Assembly (NCBI GenBank): GCA_964599455.1
Contig: CAZREA010000001.1
Span: forward strand, 353,829-417,828
From: an uncultured Gammaproteobacteria bacterium
Lineage (GTDB): Bacteria; Patescibacteriota; Patescibacteriia; UBA9934
Direction: 5' to 3'
Length of the DNA stretch: 64,000 nt
In this document: piece after piece, positions 36,709 through 46,404 of the stretch
Layout of the letters: each line of letters starts with the position of its first letter
How positions within the stretch are numbered: position 1 is the stretch's first letter
The notes under the pieces: model-generated
Told to the model about the DNA's origin: nothing
The model's input: the letters and a program-made list of their open reading frames with translations, nothing else
Database searches by the model: none
Position numbers and translations under genes: made by a program

Positions 36709-38223
36709 TTAGATGGTAGGTGTCTTCGTTCGCGATGAAGCGAGTTTCTCTGTCACATTAAATCCAAGATATTTCCCAAGCATCATGCGTGTCTGTGCAT
36801 CAAGTGCCGGAAAAGCACCAAAAAGTAAGAAGGTGATCGGCAACAAAAACCATTGCACCAGCATCATCAACCACTGATGACGAGGTGTGTTGGATGGACG
36901 AGGCGGCAACAAGAAGAAGCTGATCGCACCCGTGATAAACACACCAAACGTAGCACCACGCATCATCCACTCCAGTGTATATGGAGAATTCACAATAAAC
37001 ACGCTCTGCGCTGCCGTGGCGCTAGCCGTCCAAAACGGCAAATAACCGAGCACGAAAATCATAAGTGGCGCGGTCGCCCAGGTGAACATCCCTTCCACAT
37101 GATTAAAGAGATAACGAAACTTCATACGCCAATGAATCTCCGGATGCTCTTGAAATTTCGCAATCATGTACGGAAAGTGTTCAACTCCCCATGCCCAGCG
37201 TCGCTGCTGTTTATAAAGCGCCGCCAAACTTCCTCTATAGGTTCCAGACGCCACCGTATCCATCGACACCGGCAAAAACACCGGTGTTACTCGATAGTCG
37301 CCGCTATAGCGAAGAAATCCTTGCATAAAAATACGCGAATCTTCACTGACTAAATCCGGCTCCCAAAAGCCGACATCGACCAACATGCGCCAGGGCATTG
37401 AGTGAGAAGAGAACGTCCACAATCGCTCATGACGCACTAATTCTCCAAGTAACCAAAACGTTGTTCCAAATGCGGCAATACGAACCGGTGCGGTTGCCGA
37501 CCAAATGTTGTTCGAAAAAACCGTAACCGGTTGAAAAGACGTACGTGTAGGATTGGGGACCGTTAAAAATAATTGCGTCAGTTTGGCAAAGTATTGAGGG
37601 TGCGCAATGGTGTCGACATCAAAAGCCGAAACAATGATGTCGTTATAAGGGATTTGCTCTGCATCAATGAGCTTTTGTAATTCCGTAGCCATGTGGCGCA
37701 GATTTGATCCTTTTCCAATAATTTCTCCGGGAATATTCGGAGGATGAACAGTAAAAACCAGATGCGCAAACAGATGCTGATAGCGTTCACGAATAACTTC
37801 CACACATGAAGCAAAATGCTCTGCTTCGCGTCCTTCGCCACCCAGTACCACGATCATGCGATCTTTGCGATATGCCGTTTGTAAAAGCGATTCAAAAGCA
37901 GCAATGAGAATAGGAAGCTCCTCTTTTACCGTGGGTAGCATGACGACGTGATAAATACGATCAGCGCCAGCCACGCCCTGCACCTTTTGCCACCAATCAA
38001 CGTTGATTGTTTGGCGATATTGCCAATATGCGGCAATGACATGAATCACGAAATAAAAGACGCGCAACATCCAATATAAGTCAAAAATGATGATAAAAAT
38101 AATCGCTGCGGTCGGTGCAAAAAGCGAAAGAACAATACAACCAAAAATAACACTCCATGACAATGCTCCGGGAATAATTTCCCAAAAACGATATTTTCCG
38201 TATTGACCAAAGACTGCAGGCAT
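36709..38223 (-). CDS. Family 2 glycosyltransferase, processive polysaccharide synthase-like integral membrane protein
   Basis: Multiple TM helices flank a GT-A domain with DxD and the QQRRWAWG (QxxRW) motif. Confidence 0.7.
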   Translation of the reverse strand: MPAVFGQYGKYRFWEIIPGALSWSVIFGCIVLSLFAPTAAIIFIIIFDLYWMLRVFYFVIHVIAAYWQYRQTINVDWWQKVQGVAGADRIYHVVMLPTVKEELPILIAAFESLLQTAYRKDRMIVVLGGEGREAEHFASCVEVIRERYQHLFAHLVFTVHPPNIPGEIIGKGSNLRHMATELQKLIDAEQIPYNDIIVSAFDVDTIAHPQYFAKLTQLFLTVPNPTRTSFQPVTVFSNNIWSATAPVRIAAFGTTFWLLGELVRHERLWTFSSHSMPWRMLVDVGFWEPDLVSEDSRIFMQGFLRYSGDYRVTPVFLPVSMDTVASGTYRGSLAALYKQQRRWAWGVEHFPYMIAKFQEHPEIHWRMKFRYLFNHVEGMFTWATAPLMIFVLGYLPFWTASATAAQSVFIVNSPYTLEWMMRGATFGVFITGAISFFLLPPRPSNTPRHQWLMMLVQWFLLPITFLLFGAFPALDAQTRMMLGKYLGFNVTEKLASSRTKTPTI

Positions 38224-38229
38224 AGAAAT

Positions 38230-38643
38230 TTAGATGCTACGGCGCAAGGAATCTTTCGTTGATGTCGTGATACGTGCCTCGTGGAGATAGAGGGGGAGAA
38301 CCGTTTGGTTATGCGCGAGAGTTCCGCGCCGAAGAACATCGTCAGTATCTTGTTCGTTTGGATCCTTTTGCACTTCGTAGAAAGGAATTTGGAGACTCAT
38401 CGCAAGTGTATTAAGCAAACTCAGCGTGCCACGCAATGCCGTTGCTGAACCTGGTCCACGAACGGTTATTATCGCCAAGATTTCCTGAATACTCGCATGA
38501 CGAGCTGCGAGAAATCGTTCAATAAGCGCAAGTTCCTTCCCTACTTCACGATCGTAGACGAACGGCACATCCACAAAATTTGTTTCGTTCACCTCCCCCA
38601 CCACTAACTTCCGAATATCCTGCCCATTCACATACAACATCAT
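38230..38643 (-). CDS. Short TsaB(YeaZ)-like protein
   Basis: RGPGSATALRGTLS resembles the TsaB GPGSFTGLRIG loop. Only 137 aa, so N-terminal domain only. Confidence 0.45.
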   Translation of the reverse strand: MMLYVNGQDIRKLVVGEVNETNFVDVPFVYDREVGKELALIERFLAARHASIQEILAIITVRGPGSATALRGTLSLLNTLAMSLQIPFYEVQKDPNEQDTDDVLRRGTLAHNQTVLPLYLHEARITTSTKDSLRRSI

Positions 38644-39338
38644 ACGGACAGCAGATCGAAAAGAATCACGCGCTTGCCCTGAAAAATGCTTGCCAAAAAA
38701 CGATCGCCGACATTCTTGCGATAGGTAAATTCTTCAGGTGTAAACACCGTATAGCTAATCTCACGACCAATATCATGTTCGAATTCCATAATCATCGTGC
38801 GCAAATCATCTTTTTCCCAACGACCAACTAACAACAAATCAGTAGGGATGTGTGGAGCCTCCACAAATCTTCCCGTCAACACTACCAATGCGGTTTGACC
38901 TTTTTTCTGTAGCGACGCCACAAATGTTTGATGCAACAATAGGCCGATCTTATTCATGACTGCTCGCAATTCTTCAAATAACGGGAATTCGGTATTAGCA
39001 CGATAAAACTTTTTGTTCTCAGCCCGAGATTCTTCTTCACCTTCCGGCTGTCCTGACACGCCTCCCGGACCGCCTTTTTCATCCTCACTCAAAATACCCA
39101 CATCAAGCAAGTTCTTCAGTTCACGACGAACGGCATGCAACTGCGCATCAACACGACGAGCGACCTCGCGCACATAGAACGACTGGTCGGCATGCAACAA
39201 GAATAAACCAAGCAAACGCGCACGCGTTCGTGAACCAAAAAGCTGTTCGATCTGAAAAACATCGTCCGCTTCCTGTGTGTCTTCAAGGGGCACAATGTCT
39301 TTTTCTTGGCTGATATCAGAAGTATTTTCTTCTTCCAT
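38640..39338 (-). CDS. Hypothetical winged-helix-like protein
   Basis: Start at MEEENTSD. The acidic N-terminus is followed by an arginine-rich helix-turn-helix-like segment. Confidence 0.4.
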   Translation of the reverse strand: MEEENTSDISQEKDIVPLEDTQEADDVFQIEQLFGSRTRARLLGLFLLHADQSFYVREVARRVDAQLHAVRRELKNLLDVGILSEDEKGGPGGVSGQPEGEEESRAENKKFYRANTEFPLFEELRAVMNKIGLLLHQTFVASLQKKGQTALVVLTGRFVEAPHIPTDLLLVGRWEKDDLRTMIMEFEHDIGREISYTVFTPEEFTYRKNVGDRFLASIFQGKRVILFDLLSV

Positions 39339-39406
39339 AGGAACGAACACGATTTTTAATCCTCTATTGAGTATACTGTATCCAAGAAGACCCCTTACCC
39401 GCAACC

Positions 39407-41554
39407 ATGGACACCCGTCATCCCTCCATCAAAAGTGCCGAACTCACCGTGCGCCGACCGCGCAGTGAAAGCGAAGCACGCAGCTATCACCTCCCCATCG
39501 GCAAACATCATGCCGTGGTGTTGGGAATTTTTGGGATTGAATCACAGGATGAAACCGTGCGAGAACAATTCTTTCAGAAGTTTGGAAGTGAATTAGAACA
39601 CATGGGTAGTGCGCTCAATGAAAAACAGAATCCTGCACGTGTACTCGAAAAAACACTTGCTCGCCTCAATGAAGGATTGGGTAATTTAGGAGGTAGCTTG
39701 AGTTTGCGCCCAGAAAAATGCCACGCAGTCGTTGCCCTGCTCATCCGTGGTCAATTATTTTTGGCGGGCTTCGGGAATTTACTTGCCTTATTCCTCCATA
39801 AAACCGCTGACCGTCGCTTTAGCATTTACGAACTTCATACCCAATTTTCTGAACAACCTCCAACCTGGGAGAAATTATTCAGTTCTGTCTTGGATGGCGA
39901 TCTGCATGAAGGTGACATTTTCTATGTCGCTACACATATCCCCCAACACGTCCTTTCACTTTCCGAATTGCAAGACATGCTCGTCACCCTTCCTCCACAA
40001 GGCGCACTCGAACGTCTGGAGGGATTTATTCCGCCTGCCATTCCTTTTGCCGGTGTCACGGCCCATATTCTTGCAAAAGATACCTTCCGTTCAGCTCCAC
40101 GCATGAATCCCATGGGTTCGCTCGAGCTTCTGAATAAAACACAGGATCGTACCGCTGAACTTTTAGGTGAGCAACGAAGCGCGCCGGTTACTACCGTCAT
40201 TCCTGAACGGGAAAAATTACAATGGCTTGGTCGCCAAGAAGCAAGCGCGGCCTTCATGAAGGCATTTACCTTTGTTTGGCACGGACTCCAACAAGGAGGA
40301 GTGGTCGTATTTGAATATCTCAAAAAAGGTGGAGGTGCGGCTTATCAAGCTTGGTCGCAGCGAAAAAAGCGGGGAGCACGACATAGTAGCGAATATCAAA
40401 GCACACCCGAAAAAGCCTCGTTTGTGATGCGTGCAAAAAAAGCCAGCGCCTCACCGCTTGGTGTACTGCTCCTTGTAGGTGCCTTAGCTATCGCGGGAAT
40501 TGGTTCGTTCTTTATCTTCGGCACCAATACAGAAGAAGAAACACGCCAAGTAACTTTCACAACGACGGTGCAAATTATTGAAGAAAAAATCTCCTCGATT
40601 GAAGCAAGCCTTATCTATCGTAATACCATTCAAGCAAAGCAAGACCTCACCGCTGCGCTCACCGCCTGGGAAACCCTCACACCAAAAACTGATAACGAAC
40701 GTCGCCAAGCAGAAAACCTCCGAACATCCCTCGCGACCCTTCAGCAAAAATCACTAGGCATTACTCCGGTAACGCCCACAGTTATTGCAACCATGCCATC
40801 AGGAGAGGCTTTAAATACGGCGACCGCTATTGGCACGCAGTTGTTTGGAACCTCAACAACACTTGGTGTATATCGTCTAAATAGTTTAGAAAAAACATGG
40901 ACAAAAGAAACTTTCACGAACGGCGTAGTCGGTACGCCGCGTATCGCGGCTGCTGAAAATGCTACTTCCGCACTCTTTATCGATGCCACTCAACGACTTG
41001 GTCGATTATCAACCACTAATTCTACGCTCAATCCTCTCGCAAGCGGCGTCGATGGCTTAGCCAGCGCCGAAGATCTCACAGCCTACAACGACACACTCTA
41101 TATTCTTACCGCCAAAGGACAGCAAGTTGTCAAAATGCGTCCGCAAGCCGACGGCTACGAAGCGGGTACCCTCTGGATCACCTCGCTCCAAAGCGATCTC
41201 ACCAAAGCACGCGCACTGGCCATCGACGGCACCGTTTATATTCTTACCGACTCAACCATAAAATCATTCTTCTCTGGTCGCGAACAAACCTGGCAAGCGC
41301 CAACATTCGATCCGCCACTGAGTAACCCGATCGATCTCTTCACCAATACCGATACGCCGTATCTCTATATCCTCGATCCCGGCAGTACGCGGGTAATCGT
41401 TATCAAAAAAGCAGATGGAGGCATCGTCGCACAATATGTGAGCGACATGTTTGCCACCGCCATCGCCTTCAGCGTCGACGAAACCGCCAATCTCATGACC
41501 GTCGTTACTACTACGCAAGCACTGCAATTTACGCCGACACATTTAGTGGAATGA
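39407..41554 (+). CDS. Large hypothetical protein with central TM helix and C-terminal repeat-rich extracytoplasmic domain
   Basis: 715 aa with a TM segment (LLLVGALAIAGIGSFFIF) at ~aa 350. No catalytic motif recognised. Confidence 0.5.
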   Translation: MDTRHPSIKSAELTVRRPRSESEARSYHLPIGKHHAVVLGIFGIESQDETVREQFFQKFGSELEHMGSALNEKQNPARVLEKTLARLNEGLGNLGGSLSLRPEKCHAVVALLIRGQLFLAGFGNLLALFLHKTADRRFSIYELHTQFSEQPPTWEKLFSSVLDGDLHEGDIFYVATHIPQHVLSLSELQDMLVTLPPQGALERLEGFIPPAIPFAGVTAHILAKDTFRSAPRMNPMGSLELLNKTQDRTAELLGEQRSAPVTTVIPEREKLQWLGRQEASAAFMKAFTFVWHGLQQGGVVVFEYLKKGGGAAYQAWSQRKKRGARHSSEYQSTPEKASFVMRAKKASASPLGVLLLVGALAIAGIGSFFIFGTNTEEETRQVTFTTTVQIIEEKISSIEASLIYRNTIQAKQDLTAALTAWETLTPKTDNERRQAENLRTSLATLQQKSLGITPVTPTVIATMPSGEALNTATAIGTQLFGTSTTLGVYRLNSLEKTWTKETFTNGVVGTPRIAAAENATSALFIDATQRLGRLSTTNSTLNPLASGVDGLASAEDLTAYNDTLYILTAKGQQVVKMRPQADGYEAGTLWITSLQSDLTKARALAIDGTVYILTDSTIKSFFSGREQTWQAPTFDPPLSNPIDLFTNTDTPYLYILDPGSTRVIVIKKADGGIVAQYVSDMFATAIAFSVDETANLMTVVTTTQALQFTPTHLVE

Positions 41555-41568
41555 TGACCAAAACAAAA

Positions 41569-41597
41569 AGCTCTGGAGAAATTCCAGAGCTTTTTTT
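41569..41597. terminator. Bidirectional rho-independent terminator
   Basis: AGCTCTGG-AGAAATT-CCAGAGCT followed by TTTTTTT, between convergent genes. Confidence 0.55.
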
Positions 41598-41636
41598 GAT
41601 CCGTCACATCCGTTCAAGATCCGTTTTATCCGTCAC

Positions 41637-42044
41637 TTATTTCAAGGTAACCTTTCCACCAGCAGCTTCGATTTTTGCTTTCATGTCTTCAGCTTCAGCT
41701 TTGGCAGCATTTTCCTTCACGGCTTTCGGAGCAGCATCAACAATGTCCTTTGCTTCCTTCAAACCAAGACCGGTGATTTCACGAACAACTTTGATCACAT
41801 TGATCTTGTTGTCACCAGCGGCCGTAAGCTCAACGGTAAACGAAGACTTTTCTTCAGCAGCAGCGGCACCTGCGCCAGCAGCCGGAGCAGCCATCATCAT
41901 GGCAGGAGCAGCGGCAGAAACGCCAAATTTATCTTCAAGAACCTTTACAAGTTCAGCGAGGTCCAAAACAGACATCTTTTCAATTTCGCTGACGAGGGAC
42001 TGGAACTTTGCCGGTACCTCGACGTTTTTCATTTCATCGGACAT
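41637..42044 (-). CDS. rplL: 50S ribosomal protein L7/L12
   Basis: Ala-rich hinge and conserved C-terminal domain [16 protein letters not shown]. Confidence 0.9.
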   Translation of the reverse strand: MSDEMKNVEVPAKFQSLVSEIEKMSVLDLAELVKVLEDKFGVSAAAPAMMMAAPAAGAGAAAAEEKSSFTVELTAAGDNKINVIKVVREITGLGLKEAKDIVDAAPKAVKENAAKAEAEDMKAKIEAAGGKVTLK

Positions 42045-42076
42045 AGGGAAAAATTAAATAGATAAGTAATAGGGTT

Positions 42077-42144
42077 GGCCAGTTGTGCCAGAGGGCTAGC
42101 CTTCAGAAAAATGATCTGATCGCCGGCCCTCTGGCCTACTGGCC
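42077..42144. repeat. Nested inverted repeat in the rplJ-rplL intergenic region
   Basis: Arm GGCCAGT/ACTGGCC encloses arm GCCAGAGGGC/GCCCTCTGGC with a ~28-nt loop. Confidence 0.4.
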
Positions 42145-42148
42145 TTCT

Positions 42149-42673
42149 TTACGCTTTCTTCTCTTGCACAGCCTTCAAGACCGTGACGAGACCGCGTAAG
42201 TTACCAGCCAGCACATTGACGAACCCTGAGACAGGGGCGTTAAGCGTGCCAACCAATTGACCAAGGAGTTGTTCTTTGGAAGGAAGATCGGCAAGACGCT
42301 TCACTTCGCTTTCGCTGACCATCTTGTTCTCGAGCACACCAGCCAAAAGCTTGATGGTCTCTTTTTCTTTTGCTAACTCTTTTAAGAGTTTTGCTGCAGC
42401 GACTTCATCGCCATACGAAACGGCAACAAGTATTGAACCATCAACCGTATCGCGAACAAGACCTTCAATCCCCGCTTCTTTGGCAGCGATAGCAAGAAGT
42501 GTCTTTTTAGCCACGAAGACGTCAACGTTCTTTTCGGCAGCTTTGGCGCGGAGCTTATCGGCATCTTCCATGGTGTAACCGGAAGCCTGCGAAAAGGCCG
42601 CACCTTTCATACGCTTCAAACGATCCGTGATTTTTGCCACGATATCTTTTTTCTGCGCGCGTGTTTTTGCCAT
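42149..42673 (-). CDS. rplJ: 50S ribosomal protein L10
   Basis: Start at MAKTRAQKKDIV (42673). L10 family sequence, directly upstream of rplL. Confidence 0.8.
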   Translation of the reverse strand: MAKTRAQKKDIVAKITDRLKRMKGAAFSQASGYTMEDADKLRAKAAEKNVDVFVAKKTLLAIAAKEAGIEGLVRDTVDGSILVAVSYGDEVAAAKLLKELAKEKETIKLLAGVLENKMVSESEVKRLADLPSKEQLLGQLVGTLNAPVSGFVNVLAGNLRGLVTVLKAVQEKKA

Positions 42674-43098
42674 AATGATTATCTTTTGCGAAAAAGCTGT
42701 CGCAAGCAGCATATTTATCCCTCGTAGCTCGACTACGGAACAGTATCGAGCGAAGAGGGACCGACCTTTAAAAAAAGAAACCGACCACACGAAATGGGTC
42801 GCAATTCTTGAAATTCTCTCTAAAATCTAGAGAAAAGTTCGGAATTCTCGGCGAGACTTACGTGCGGATATACGCACCACTCGGCGTCTGCGAATTTCGA
42901 TGGTGCCCATAGGGTAATAGAAAGAAGCCTTTTCGTCAAATTGTGTATAACTATCTTTGACGGCATCTTTTTGGGCGTGATGAAATAGCAATGCAGATAG
43001 GTGGCAACTCCCCTCCCCATTCAAAAAAGCTTTTGGATTTGGGAGTTTTTTATTTAGGGATCACGAGTGTATACTTATTATTAATAACGACATCGTCT

Positions 43099-43419
43099 AT
43101 GACAAAACAGGACAAGAAAGAAATGGCGGAAATAATCAGAGAACATTTTGCAGAATTTGGAACGATATTCACTCAAAAACTTCTCGAACAAAAAGAAGAG
43201 ATTAAACGTGAGTTCCGTCACGATTTTCGTGTTGTGCTTGAACAAACCAGACAAGATCTTAAACGAGATATTCGCGAAGAAATGCACGCCGTTGTCGAAG
43301 CATCACGTCAAAAAATCGTGCTTGATCTTGCTGACTTCTTAACCACAAATACCACTCCCCGCATTTGCGATCTTGAAGACGATATGAAACGGGTCAAAAA
43401 TCACATTGGTATTATCTGA
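43099..43419 (+). CDS. Hypothetical coiled-coil protein
   Basis: Start at MTKQDKKEM. Charged helical sequence. Confidence 0.35.
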   Translation: MTKQDKKEMAEIIREHFAEFGTIFTQKLLEQKEEIKREFRHDFRVVLEQTRQDLKRDIREEMHAVVEASRQKIVLDLADFLTTNTTPRICDLEDDMKRVKNHIGII

Positions 43420-43607
43420 AACATATCCGCCACCTCAATGAACCTTTTACAAAAGCTTCACTCAGGTAGCCCGAGAAATCATAGTGTTGATCACTCGTAC
43501 GATCTTTTTATCAACCTCGGGCTATAAAAAGTGAAAAAGCAAACACCCGGCCATCCCGTCTCTCGCGCAGGACTGCGCAAGAACTACTAGGATAACCGGG
43601 CAACGAT

Positions 43608-43826
43608 TCAGCCTCCCCGCTGCGCGACCGACCAAGCGACATAGGCGATGACCGCGAATAGAAACATCTTACCAAAGAAAACGTCGCGCTCAAGGGCAAG
43701 AAGCCGTTCCTTCAGCTCCTCTTCGGTCTCAGGAGCACGAGTGGTGAAAAGTCGAAAGAGAGAGTGCAAAGACCCCACTCCCATGAGGATTGCAAGCACA
43801 TGACCAAGATTCATGTTCACCTCCAC
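43608..43826 (-). CDS. Small hypothetical membrane protein
   Basis: 72 aa with two hydrophobic helices. Confidence 0.3.
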   Translation of the reverse strand: MEVNMNLGHVLAILMGVGSLHSLFRLFTTRAPETEEELKERLLALERDVFFGKMFLFAVIAYVAWSVAQRGG

Positions 43827-43852
43827 CCTCGTGGGTTTGTTCGAGGGGTTAT

Positions 43853-44539
43853 TTACTGTAAAAGAGTTCCCTCAATCTCGCAAGTTTGTAAAAATTTCTG
43901 TAAGCGATGAATATGCGTTCCATTGATAATGGGAACGCGGAGTTTATTTTTCTGACAAAATCGCGAAGCGATAGGATCAAACGGTGCTGACATACCCGGA
44001 CTCCAGACATCGCCAATCATTGCGCGATACTGTTTCCAACTCATTTCATCCACAGGTTGTGCGTTGGAATCAATGCGCGGATCGGCAGTAAAAACTTTAT
44101 CAATATTGGAAAGATTCACGACCGTATCAACACCAAGTCGTTTTGCAATTCGACAAGCAACATAATCCGTACTCCAACCCGGTTTCCATCCTGCAACTAC
44201 AAGTACACTTCCCTTCCAGGCATCCAATTTTGGAGTGACGAGCGGATTCTTAATCACATTAGGGTGCGCGACATCACGAAAGATAGTACGTAAGAGATGT
44301 CCATTGAGTCGCGTTGCATGAATACCCAGCCAATCCAAATCATCAGCAACAAGTTCAGTCACTGCACGCGCTGCATCAATATAATGACGTGCCGTTTTGC
44401 CACCACCCGAAACAAGCACAAACTTTTCGCCTTTTTGGATGAAAGGAAGAAGAGTTGAACGGAGATTTTGCAAAAAATCTTTATCCGGTCGGTCGTTGGG
44501 AACGATGAGAGAACCGCCAATAGAGAGAATGTGGAGCAT
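43853..44539 (-). CDS. pyrH: Uridylate kinase-like amino-acid-kinase family protein
   Basis: ILSIGGSLI (N-terminal glycine loop) and VSGGGKTAR. Confidence 0.6.
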   Translation of the reverse strand: MLHILSIGGSLIVPNDRPDKDFLQNLRSTLLPFIQKGEKFVLVSGGGKTARHYIDAARAVTELVADDLDWLGIHATRLNGHLLRTIFRDVAHPNVIKNPLVTPKLDAWKGSVLVVAGWKPGWSTDYVACRIAKRLGVDTVVNLSNIDKVFTADPRIDSNAQPVDEMSWKQYRAMIGDVWSPGMSAPFDPIASRFCQKNKLRVPIINGTHIHRLQKFLQTCEIEGTLLQ

Positions 44540-44555
44540 AGAAAAAAGCTGTCGA

Positions 44556-44915
44556 TTACTCGACAGCTCGTTCATCTGCTTCTTGTAAAAACCAATTCGT
44601 TAACGTACTCACTGCCCACAAGAATAAGGCAACCATGAGTGCGGGCCAAAAGCCAGCCACCACAACACCCTTCACAAATGAACTCATGAACCAAATAAGC
44701 AGTGCATTGATCACAAAAGTAAAGAGTCCCAGTGTCACAATCGAAACCGGTAATGTTAGTAAAATCAGAACCGGACGGATGATGGCATTCAACAATCCAA
44801 GTACCAACGCTGCAATCAGAGCTGCGTAAAATGATTCAACTACGAATCCGGAAACAATATGCGTCGCCGCAATGAGTGCGATTGCATTAATGAGCCAACG
44901 AAGAAGTATTTTCAT
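44556..44915 (-). CDS. DUF360/YvlD-like 4-TM membrane protein
   Basis: 119 aa with four TM helices. Confidence 0.5.
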   Translation of the reverse strand: MKILLRWLINAIALIAATHIVSGFVVESFYAALIAALVLGLLNAIIRPVLILLTLPVSIVTLGLFTFVINALLIWFMSSFVKGVVVAGFWPALMVALFLWAVSTLTNWFLQEADERAVE

Positions 44916-44921
44916 AGCGTT

Positions 44922-45173
44922 TTAAAAAAGAGCAGTTTCTTCTTGTGTTTGAGCAGGAATATCTTCATCAGATTGTTCGTATTTTTTCTTCAGTTCAATA
45001 ACTTTGTTCTCGGTTTCTGACAATCGTTTTTTGCAAATTGCCGCCAAAGCCAAACCGCGTTCAAATCTTTTCAATCCTTCATCAAGATCATTTTCTCCCT
45101 GTTCAAACCATGAAATAATCTCCTCAAGTTCCGCAAACATGTCAGCAAAAGCCGTTCCTTTTTTTCCAGCCAT
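44922..45173 (-). CDS. xseB: Exodeoxyribonuclease VII small subunit
   Basis: FEQGENDLDEGLKRFERGLAL helical hairpin. Confidence 0.75.
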   Translation of the reverse strand: MAGKKGTAFADMFAELEEIISWFEQGENDLDEGLKRFERGLALAAICKKRLSETENKVIELKKKYEQSDEDIPAQTQEETALF

Positions 45174-45185
45174 ACGTTTTCGATA

Positions 45186-46397
45186 TTATAACAATTTCTT
45201 CTGCAAAGGAATACTCCTGTCTCCCACCACTTCCGCCTCAATATGTCCTTTCGCAAATTGCACCGAAAGATAATCGCCAAGATTAGCCTTCTTGGCGTCA
45301 GCAATCACGTGCCCATCAGCCGAACGCACAATGGCATAGCCGCGCGCCAAAACGCGCTGTGGATCGAGATTTTGCAATGTCCGTTCGTAGGTTTTTAGGG
45401 TGAGTGACGAACGCTCCAAAAGTCGACTCATATGCTCTTGCAAACTTTCGCGATAGGCCGCCACACTGGCCGACAACATCGTGAACGTATGATCAACAAC
45501 CACCATTGCTCGCTCAACACGCGCACGAAACACACCAATTTCTCGCAATAACCGCCCATCCATCCGCATCACCATCGATGACACATCACGAAGCATATCA
45601 TCACGATGCGGTACCAAACGCTCAGCGGCATTCGACGGGGTTGACGCCCGGACATCAGCAACAAAATCACACAGGGTTTCATCTCGTTCGTGGCCAACAC
45701 CAACAATGACGGGAATTGCCGAAGAAAAAACGGCGCGCGCGACTCGTTCATCATTAAACGCATGCAGTTCTTCAAAACTTCCTCCACCTCGCGACAACAC
45801 AATCACTTCAGGACGTTCATCAACGGGCAATGCATGCAATGTTTTAAAAGCACCGATAATATCCTCAACTGCATGCTGACCCTGCACGTGCACATCAACA
45901 TGCAAAATGTCGATGCCGCCCATGCGATTATGCAAAATACGCAAAAAATCTCCATACGCCGCCGCTTCTCTTGAAGTGATGAGTGCGATGCGCTGTGGCA
46001 GCATGGGCAATGCACGTTTACGTCCTGCATCAAATAATCCTTCGTTCGCTAATTTTTCTTTCAATGCAAGATAGGCTTTCGCGAGCGCTCCTTCACCCAC
46101 AGGCTCAGCTGTTTCGACGTTAAAAGACAGTTTGCCAAAACGTGCAAACACGGAAGGATAACCGGTCAGGCGCACCCGCATACCATCTTCGAGCGGTGGC
46201 AAACCTTTATAGATCGTTGAAAAACACGGCAAACGCGCATCCGCTTGTTCGTCTTTAAGCGAAAAATGAATCCATTTTTGTTGTGCGACTTTGTATTCAG
46301 TCACCTCTCCTTCAACCACAAACGCACCCGTGGGAATCATGGCCAGTGTGTCGTTGACGAGCGTGACGAATTGTTGGACAGAAAGAATGGGGGGCAT
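45186..46397 (-). CDS. xseA: Exodeoxyribonuclease VII large subunit
   Basis: OB-fold N-terminus and conserved catalytic region. Confidence 0.85.
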   Translation of the reverse strand: MPPILSVQQFVTLVNDTLAMIPTGAFVVEGEVTEYKVAQQKWIHFSLKDEQADARLPCFSTIYKGLPPLEDGMRVRLTGYPSVFARFGKLSFNVETAEPVGEGALAKAYLALKEKLANEGLFDAGRKRALPMLPQRIALITSREAAAYGDFLRILHNRMGGIDILHVDVHVQGQHAVEDIIGAFKTLHALPVDERPEVIVLSRGGGSFEELHAFNDERVARAVFSSAIPVIVGVGHERDETLCDFVADVRASTPSNAAERLVPHRDDMLRDVSSMVMRMDGRLLREIGVFRARVERAMVVVDHTFTMLSASVAAYRESLQEHMSRLLERSSLTLKTYERTLQNLDPQRVLARGYAIVRSADGHVIADAKKANLGDYLSVQFAKGHIEAEVVGDRSIPLQKKLL

Positions 46398-46404
46398 AGA
46401 TCTG

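Noticed and set aside
41551-42057. Plus-strand 168-aa Ala-rich ORF
   Set aside because: Antisense to rplL, which is Ala-rich and so produces an Ala-rich shadow frame.
42680-42800. Possible rplJ leader autoregulatory structure (L10 leader)
   Set aside because: Plausible by position, but no conserved L10-leader features were recognisable by eye, so not reported as a feature.
44556-44915. DUF360 holin-like gene as evidence of a prophage
   Set aside because: The neighbours are core genes (pyrH-like, xseAB) with no phage structural or lysis genes, so this is probably a standalone membrane protein.
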